A DNA stretch of 64,000 bases, from positions 1,433,995 to 1,497,994 of the forward strand of contig OZ242002.1 in assembly GCA_965204665.1 (NCBI GenBank). Reading direction: 5' to 3'. Within the stretch, counting starts at the first letter, position 1. Each line of letters opens with the position of its first letter. The stretch is from Thermodesulfobacteriota bacterium. Its GTDB lineage: Bacteria; Desulfobacterota_D; UBA1144; Nemesobacterales; Nemesobacteraceae. The notes beneath the pieces are model-generated. The model did no database searches. It was not told the DNA's origin and saw only the letters and a list, made by a program, of their open reading frames with translations. The translations under genes were made by a program, and so were the position numbers. Below, piece by piece: positions 58,292 through 64,000 of this stretch.

Positions 58292-59722
58292 TCAGAAATT
58301 TCTGACCCTTCCCATCGCGTCCAGAGCCGCTTCCATCACGGCTTCTGATAGAGTGGGGTGCGCATGCTGCGTGACAGCTATCTCGAAAGCAGTGGTTTCA
58401 AGAGTTTTCGCCACTCCGAGTTCCGCGATCATTTCCGTCGCTCCGTGGCCTATTATATGACCTCCGAGAAGTTCCTTTGTTTCTGCATCGAAAACAACCT
58501 TGACGAAACCATCCGTTTCTCCCACTGCAACGGCTTTGCCGACCGCCCTGAACGGAAACCTTCCGACCTCTATCTTATAACCTTGATCCCTCGCCTGTTT
58601 TTCCGTAAGTCCCAACATGGATACTTCAGGCTGACAGTAGACGCACCCCGGAATCGAGTTGTAGTGAACCCTGGAATCAAGACCGTTCATTCTTTCAACC
58701 GCCACAACTCCTTCTTCCGAAGCCTTATGAGCTAGCATCGCTCCGCCTATAACGTCTCCTATGGCGTATATGTTGCTGCAGGTCGTCATATAGTTTTCAT
58801 CTGTTTTTATAAAGCCGCCGTCGTCAAGCTCGATTCCCACATCTTCAAGACCCATACTGTCACCCGTGTCGTAAAAGGAAAAAGATGTCGGAGCAGCGTT
58901 CGCCGCAGCTTTTCTTCCTATTGAAACAAGTACCATATCGGCTTCAAGTTTCGCTTCTTTTCCGGATGTCCTGTCCTCAACGGTCACGGTCGCGGACCCC
59001 GCTCTTTTAGTCAGAGATTTGTAGGCAGTTTCGATGAGAATAGTCATCCCCTGTTTTTTGAATATTTTCAGCGCCTCCCGCGCCACTTCCTCGTCCGAAC
59101 CCGGCATGATCTGCTTTTCCATCTCAATTATGGTCACCTTGCTTCCGAAAGAGTTGTACACATAAGCGAACTCCATTCCTATGTATCCTCCGCCTATTAT
59201 CACAACGGAATCCGGGACCTCGGTGTGCATTACAGCCTCATCGCTTGTCATTACCACTTTACCGTCAATCTCAAGTCCCGGAAGGGTTCTCGGAACGGAA
59301 CCCGTGGCGAGAAGTATGCGCTCACTTTCGATATCACAGGTGTCTTTTCCCTCAACGGAAACGCTGTGCGGAGATGTGAGTCTCGCGGTGCCGCTTACAA
59401 GGTCTATCTTGTTTTTCTTGAGCAGTCCGACAACTCCCCTGTTGAGGCTTGAGGATGCGTTTCTGCTTTTCTTTATAACCTTTGAATAATCAAATGAAAG
59501 TTCTTTATGTGAGATTCCGAACCGTTCCGCGTGAATGAAATAGGAGTACATTTCCGCGCATTTGAGGATCGCCTTTGATGGTATGCACCCCCAGTTAAGG
59601 CACACTCCGCCGGGTTTATCCCGCTCCACCACCGCGACTTTCATTCCCATCTGCGCGGCTCTTATGGCCGCTATGTATCCGCCGGGTCCGGACCCTACAA
59701 CCGTAAGATCAAACTTTTCCAT
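58292..59722 (-). CDS. lpd: Dihydrolipoyl dehydrogenase (E3)
   Basis: FAD site GSGPGGY, redox-active CLNWGCIPSK, NAD site GGGYIGME, and a C-terminal HAHPTLSE dimerisation motif. Confidence 0.95.
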   Translation of the reverse strand: MEKFDLTVVGSGPGGYIAAIRAAQMGMKVAVVERDKPGGVCLNWGCIPSKAILKCAEMYSYFIHAERFGISHKELSFDYSKVIKKSRNASSSLNRGVVGLLKKNKIDLVSGTARLTSPHSVSVEGKDTCDIESERILLATGSVPRTLPGLEIDGKVVMTSDEAVMHTEVPDSVVIIGGGYIGMEFAYVYNSFGSKVTIIEMEKQIMPGSDEEVAREALKIFKKQGMTILIETAYKSLTKRAGSATVTVEDRTSGKEAKLEADMVLVSIGRKAAANAAPTSFSFYDTGDSMGLEDVGIELDDGGFIKTDENYMTTCSNIYAIGDVIGGAMLAHKASEEGVVAVERMNGLDSRVHYNSIPGCVYCQPEVSMLGLTEKQARDQGYKIEVGRFPFRAVGKAVAVGETDGFVKVVFDAETKELLGGHIIGHGATEMIAELGVAKTLETTAFEIAVTQHAHPTLSEAVMEAALDAMGRVRNF

Positions 59723-59993
59723 GGTGACGGTAATTATATTTATATTTGCTGTATCGTCAAAGACGGAATTGCAGATTTGTTATCTGTTCCGCATGAATTG
59801 AACTCGGATTCGGTTTCGGACGGGATATTATCGAATGCGGAAATGATTCCGGCTGAATGATCTCCACAACACGCTCTTTCATGGCGTCCGACATTCAACG
59901 GAAAAATGTTTTGTCGCAATGTAAAAAACTTACGGGTGATATATGCAAGGTATGTGGGATATCCACGGGTCGGATATGGTGTCTGTTCGCTGC

Positions 59994-60029
59994 AGAAAAC
60001 CCGGGCTCCGATCTTTCGGAACCCGGGTT
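59994..60029 (-). terminator. Intrinsic terminator downstream of the collagen/RTX lipoprotein gene
   Basis: Nested hairpin AACCCGGG-C-TCCGA-TCTT-TCGGA-A-CCCGGGTT, followed on the minus strand by TTTTCTGC. Confidence 0.5.
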
Positions 60030-60111
60030 GATCTGAAGAAGAACAAACAGAACCTGCTGAACATTGAAGTTGTTTTCTATAGAGAAACAACTTCACCGGA
60101 ACCGATTGAAC

Positions 60112-61452
60112 TCAGTCCACGAATTCCCGTCGGGCCGCTGTATTGCGGATTGTATCTGCTACACCGGATGACTGTAACTGAACAACATCATCGAAAGTAG
60201 TGGTTCCTGCTACGATAACGGAAATATTAACGGTGCCGGTTCCGCCGAACGTTTTGGCTCCTTGGGGGAAACCCTTGAAGCGGATCTTGTCGTTCTGTGA
60301 TGCATTAAAGTCCCTGATAGCGTCCTTCTCATTTCTGTGCTCGTATTCAAGGACGAAGATGTCGGCGCCGGCCTGGCCGTAAAGAATGTCGGCACCGGCA
60401 CCACCTGTAATAACATCATTACCACCCCCTCCAGCGAGCAGATCATTTCCGGCTTTTCCGTTAATCGTATCGTTTCCACCCAGCCCGTAAAGGTGATTTC
60501 CCAGAGCATCTCCGCTGATGGTATCATTGGCGCTAGTGGCCATAACGTTCTCAATACCTGTAAATGTAGACATTCCCCAACCATGAGTACTGCCGTCGAA
60601 AGACCCGGTGGAAAGATCAAAGGTTACAGATGTATTCACAAAATTGAAGACAGCTTGGGAATTATCCTTCAATCCCGGCAATATGGCACTTGCACTAGGT
60701 ATATTACCTATGAGCATCAAATCATTTGCAGCAGCACCACGAAGAGCAGTTCCTGTCGGGGTGCCGCCGTTAAATCTGTTATTCCCTGGTTCAGTCAGAA
60801 AAAAAACATCTCCACCGTCTCCACCGTTGAGCGTATCATTGCCGTCGCCGCCATAGAGTACGTCCCGTCCCGCATCGCCGTTGATGGTATCATCGCCGCC
60901 TGCTCCCCGGATATAATCAGCACCGTCTCCGCCGTGGATGGTATTGGCGCCGGCGGTGGCCCAGATTGTATCATCTCCGTCTCCGCCGTAGATGATGTCG
61001 TCGGTAGTTCCCGAGAGGTTGCCGTCAAGATGAGCATCAATGTGGTCATCTCCGTCTTCACCATATATCGTATCCGTGCCGGCACCGCCGCCTATCTTGT
61101 CGTTTCCGGCACCGGCGTAAACAGTATCATCGCCGTCTCCGGCATTAATCGTGTTTTTGTACTGATTTCCGCATATGACATCGTCGTCATCAGTCCCCGT
61201 GATATCATTGGAGATACCGGGCAGCGCATTTATACCGTTGCTCACGTCGCATCTGGGGTCACCGAAGGACTTTCCCTGATCTCCCTGCGGGCCCCCCGCT
61301 CCCTGTGTTCCCGGATCTCCTTTATCTCCTTTCGCCCCGTCTTTCCCTGCCGGACCTGCTGGTCCCGCAGGACCTCTATCCCCCTCACAAGCAACAAAGA
61401 AAACCGCTCCGCCGAGCAGAAACAACAAAACTAAGAAATTACGTAACTTCAT
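60112..61452 (-). CDS. Secreted lipoprotein with collagen-like (G-X-Y)13 segment followed by RTX-type Ca2+-binding beta-roll repeats
   Basis: Signal peptide with lipobox FFVAC; GPAGPAGPAGKDGAKGDKGDPGTQGAGGPQGDQG; many GGxGxDxux nonapeptides (GGDGDDTIW, GGAGNDKIGGGAGTDTIYG, GGNDTINGKAGNDLLAGGGGNDVITGGAGADILYG). Confidence 0.75.
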   Translation of the reverse strand: MKLRNFLVLLFLLGGAVFFVACEGDRGPAGPAGPAGKDGAKGDKGDPGTQGAGGPQGDQGKSFGDPRCDVSNGINALPGISNDITGTDDDDVICGNQYKNTINAGDGDDTVYAGAGNDKIGGGAGTDTIYGEDGDDHIDAHLDGNLSGTTDDIIYGGDGDDTIWATAGANTIHGGDGADYIRGAGGDDTINGDAGRDVLYGGDGNDTLNGGDGGDVFFLTEPGNNRFNGGTPTGTALRGAAANDLMLIGNIPSASAILPGLKDNSQAVFNFVNTSVTFDLSTGSFDGSTHGWGMSTFTGIENVMATSANDTISGDALGNHLYGLGGNDTINGKAGNDLLAGGGGNDVITGGAGADILYGQAGADIFVLEYEHRNEKDAIRDFNASQNDKIRFKGFPQGAKTFGGTGTVNISVIVAGTTTFDDVVQLQSSGVADTIRNTAARREFVD

Positions 61453-61480
61453 GACAAAACCTCCTTAAGCAGATGTTTTG

Positions 61481-61507
61481 ATTCTACCCCCCCCCATATG
61501 AAGTCAA
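61481..61507 (-). promoter_or_regulatory. Sigma70-like promoter TTGACT-N15-TAGAAT whose spacer contains a G9 homopolymer (minus-strand sense)
   Basis: Minus-sense reading: TTGACT tcatat GGGGGGGGG TAGAAT ...AAGGAGG-7nt-ATG of the lipoprotein gene. With 9 G the spacer is 15 nt; G11 would give the optimal 17. Confidence 0.45.
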
Positions 61508-61753
61508 GCAATCTTTTTGAAGAGATAGTCGAGACTGTGAAGATATTCTGAGGTTCTGCATTGTTAAGCGTAGACCTCGGAACCGAGATGTTTTTATAGA
61601 ATATGATTTGTATCCATTTTTCTTTCCTCGGCCGATACTATCTGAAGCGGCATAATTATCTTTGCTCCCGCCCATTACAGGCAGTCAGGAGTCGGCATCA
61701 CCTCTTTCCCGAGGTATGAATACACTATTCTTGATACCGAGGTGTAATACGCA

Positions 61754-61972
61754 ATGAACTGACGCAGATACAAACCCGCACTTGACCGCGGTCAAACACT
61801 GCTTCTGCCCGAGAGAGTGGAAGACTGTGCGGGAGAGAATCACCGGGTTCGGGCGCTTGACACCTATGTCGACACCCTTGATCCGGCTTCTCTAGGATTC
61901 AAGCATACCGAGGCCGGCACCACAGCGGAGATGCATCCCTATAATTCGTGGGTGAAATTTTTAGCTGGATGA
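61754..61972 (+). mobile_element. N-terminal remnant (~70 codons) of an IS5/IS1182-family transposase
   Basis: (M)RRYKPALDRGQTLLLPERVEDCAGENHRVRALDTYVDTLDPASLGF...AEMHPYNS matches the conserved N-terminus (YKP.DR.Q..LLPP..ED..PEDH.VR...FVD.LDL) of IS5-group transposases. Interrupted by a stop after codon 2 and truncated at 61972. Confidence 0.5.
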
Positions 61973-62131
61973 TCTAACAAACACACTCCTTTGCTCCATG
62001 CAGAGACACTCAGAAGTCGGGAAAAAAGTTGTTTCCGGCACTTCTGGCACATTGTAAAGGGGCGGAGTTAAAAACAAGTTCAGTTATGCCTCAGATGGTT
62101 TTTCTCTGCGAGGAATTCACCTCGGTCTCCG

Positions 62132-62160
62132 TTGACATTGCGTCGCAGCGAAATTATATT
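62132..62160 (+). promoter_or_regulatory. Candidate sigma70 promoter TTGACA-N17-TATATT immediately upstream of hrcA
   Basis: Perfect -35 and near-consensus -10 with 17-nt spacing. The -10 ends only 8 nt before the annotated ATG, implying a leaderless or very short-leader mRNA, or a downstream start. No CIRCE element was seen by eye. Confidence 0.35.
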
Positions 62161-62168
62161 TTCAAAAT

Positions 62169-63203
62169 ATGACACGGAAGATATCTCCGAGGAACGAGAC
62201 TTTTCTGGGCTTTGTAGTGAAACATTTCATAGAGACGGGAAATTCAATCGGTTCTTCAACTCTTATATATAAATACGGAGTTAAGTGGTCGCCGGCCACG
62301 GTAAGGAAGGGACTGAGTAAACTTATGGAGGAGGGTTTTCTGACCCAAAGCCATATTTCATCGGGTAGATATCCCACCGAAAAGGGAATAAACTACTATG
62401 TGGAGAACATCCTGCGTGCCGGGGAATGTATCAAGACCGGACTTGCATTTATTGAGAGCAGGTATGAGGAGGTTGACGGTACGCTTGACCACGTAATAAG
62501 TGCCACAAGCCACATGCTTTCCGATTTTACAAAACTTGCGGGACTTGCGATGCTTCCTCAAAGAAACACACTGCGGGTGAAATCAGCGAAACTTCTCAGG
62601 ATAGGCGGCAGGGAATGCCTTATAATTCTGGTATTCGAAGGCTGTCTTACGGAAAAAACCTTCATCAGGCTTGCAAAGCCGATAAGCGAGGTGCAGGTCG
62701 AAAGAATAGGAGTATACCTTAATCATCTGATTCTGGGACTCACTATAGAACAGGTGCGCAAGGTCGTTCTTGAAAAAATAAAAAGGACCACTACCGAGTA
62801 TAATGAAGTGCTTGAGAGGGTGTTGCGGATAAGCAGCGAGCTTTTCGAAAAGGAGAGGAAGGCAGGACTGTTCGTGGAAGGAAAGTTAAGCGTCATAGAG
62901 TCTCTCAATTTTGCGGACTATGCTATCTACAAAACTATAATCGAAATCTTGGAAGACCGGGAACTTCTTTCAAATCTTCTGAAATCAGTTGTCAGGGATG
63001 GATGTTCAAAGGTTTTTATAGGGTCTGAGAAGGGAATGCCGGACGGGTTCAGCCTTGTCGCCGCGCCTTACAGCAAGGGACAGAGTTACGGAAGCCTAGG
63101 AGTGTTCGGTCCCACAAGGATGAATTATTCGAAAATAATACCGCTTGTGAATTATACGGCGGAAATGGTGACTAGGAGGGTTAACGGAAGAACAAGGCAA
63201 TGA
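62169..63203 (+). CDS. hrcA: Heat-inducible transcription repressor HrcA
   Basis: N-terminal wHTH (GNSIGSSTLIYKYGVKWSPATVRKGLSKLMEEGFL) and HrcA C-terminal domain. Followed by grpE with a 4-nt overlap. Confidence 0.85.
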   Translation: MTRKISPRNETFLGFVVKHFIETGNSIGSSTLIYKYGVKWSPATVRKGLSKLMEEGFLTQSHISSGRYPTEKGINYYVENILRAGECIKTGLAFIESRYEEVDGTLDHVISATSHMLSDFTKLAGLAMLPQRNTLRVKSAKLLRIGGRECLIILVFEGCLTEKTFIRLAKPISEVQVERIGVYLNHLILGLTIEQVRKVVLEKIKRTTTEYNEVLERVLRISSELFEKERKAGLFVEGKLSVIESLNFADYAIYKTIIEILEDRELLSNLLKSVVRDGCSKVFIGSEKGMPDGFSLVAAPYSKGQSYGSLGVFGPTRMNYSKIIPLVNYTAEMVTRRVNGRTRQ

Positions 63204-63769
63204 CCGACAGCAAAGAACAAGAGACCCCGGAACAGTATCCGGATGCGCCGGAAGAAACGGAAAAGAGCACAGAACAGGAAATTCAGGAACTGAAGGAAGA
63301 GAAAAGTAAACTTTCTGACGAGAAGTTGAGACTTCTTGCGGAATTTGATAATTATAAGAAAAGGTCCGCACGCGACAGGCAGAGAGATGCGGAATCGGCG
63401 AGCGCTTCTTTGCTTGAGAAGATAATTCCTGTTCTTGACGACATTGAGAGGGCGGTAGAGGAATCCGAGGGACCAACCGATTTCACCGCTTTTTTTGATG
63501 GAATAAGGCGTATTCACACGAAATTTATCGCAACTCTTGAGAAGGTCGGGATAACTGTCATAGATTCCGGCGAGGGAACGCGGTTTGACCCCGGTTGTCA
63601 TGAGGCGGTTTTCAAAGAGTATTCGGAAACTCACGAAAGCGGGACTATAATATCAGAAATACAAAGAGGCTATCTTTTCAAAGGAAGACTTCTTCGTCCC
63701 TCCATGGTCTGTGTTTCCGAGGGCCCGGGTCCGCAGAGAGAGTTCGAAGCACCGATTTCCGAGAGTTGA
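63200..63769 (+). CDS. grpE: Nucleotide exchange factor GrpE
   Basis: Coiled-coil N-terminus, LRLLAEFDNYKKRSARD and the C-terminal beta domain. 189 aa. Confidence 0.9.
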   Translation: MTDSKEQETPEQYPDAPEETEKSTEQEIQELKEEKSKLSDEKLRLLAEFDNYKKRSARDRQRDAESASASLLEKIIPVLDDIERAVEESEGPTDFTAFFDGIRRIHTKFIATLEKVGITVIDSGEGTRFDPGCHEAVFKEYSETHESGTIISEIQRGYLFKGRLLRPSMVCVSEGPGPQREFEAPISES

Positions 63770-63839
63770 AGCAGCGGTATGAAGAAGATGTATGAGAAAA
63801 CAGTTCGCACATTAAACTTTTCCGAGCGTGAATTCCACA

Positions 63840-64000
63840 ATGGCTAGAGATTACTACGAAATACTTAATATTCAAAAAGACGCATCACCGCAGGATGTAA
63901 AGAATTCCTACAAGAATCTTGCGTTCAAGTACCACCCCGATCGTAATCCCGGCGACAAGAACGCAGAGGATCGATTCAAAGAAATAAATGAAGCTTACCA
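63840..64000 (+). CDS. dnaJ: Chaperone DnaJ (N-terminal J domain, truncated by the window end)
   Basis: [53 protein letters not shown] is a canonical J domain with HPD. Confidence 0.85.
   Translation, partial: MARDYYEILNIQKDASPQDVKNSYKNLAFKYHPDRNPGDKNAEDRFKEINEAY

Noticed and set aside
60337-61434. 365-aa plus-strand ORF
   Set aside because: Antisense to the collagen/RTX lipoprotein. Tandem GGxGxD repeats keep the complementary frame open.

Overview
The window is a ~50% GC bacterial chromosomal segment, probably from a metagenome-assembled genome. It opens inside a compact type II-C CRISPR-Cas locus on the minus strand (cas9 of 1035 aa, cas1, cas2), with a probable terminal repeat at 34-69 and a predicted tracrRNA upstream of cas9. 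Housekeeping genes follow: photolyase, era, hisIE, rpoZ, carA, pepF, a complete caa3-type cytochrome oxidase cluster with ctaA/ctaB/SCO1, the mreBCD-mrdA-rodA operon, trxB, pepA, ilvE, lipB, lpd and hrcA-grpE-dnaJ. Between these sit accessory and defence modules. A low-GC island carries a Gabija-like OLD-family ATPase-Toprim nuclease (gajA, frameshifted) and a UvrD-like helicase (gajB), next to a decayed IS256 transposase and a Fic protein. There is a decaying GC-rich AbiEi/AbiEii module. Immediately downstream of tRNA-Val/tRNA-Asp lies a 1721-aa single-polypeptide fusion of a DEDDh 3'-5' exonuclease, a RecQ-like helicase and a UvrD-like helicase, and I do not recognise this architecture as a described system. 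Further observations follow.
- A GC-rich macro-domain pseudogene is flanked by ~93-bp diverged direct repeats that duplicate the 5' end of kefB.
- Two tandem paralogous FmdB-type zinc-ribbon proteins carry a ~90-aa insertion.
- Two lipoproteins carry poly-G tracts: G10 just after the lipobox cysteine, and G9 in the -35/-10 spacer of a collagen-like/RTX lipoprotein promoter.
- Small IS5-like and IS256 remnants are present.
All calls rest on reading the translated ORFs and the DNA by eye; no database search was run.
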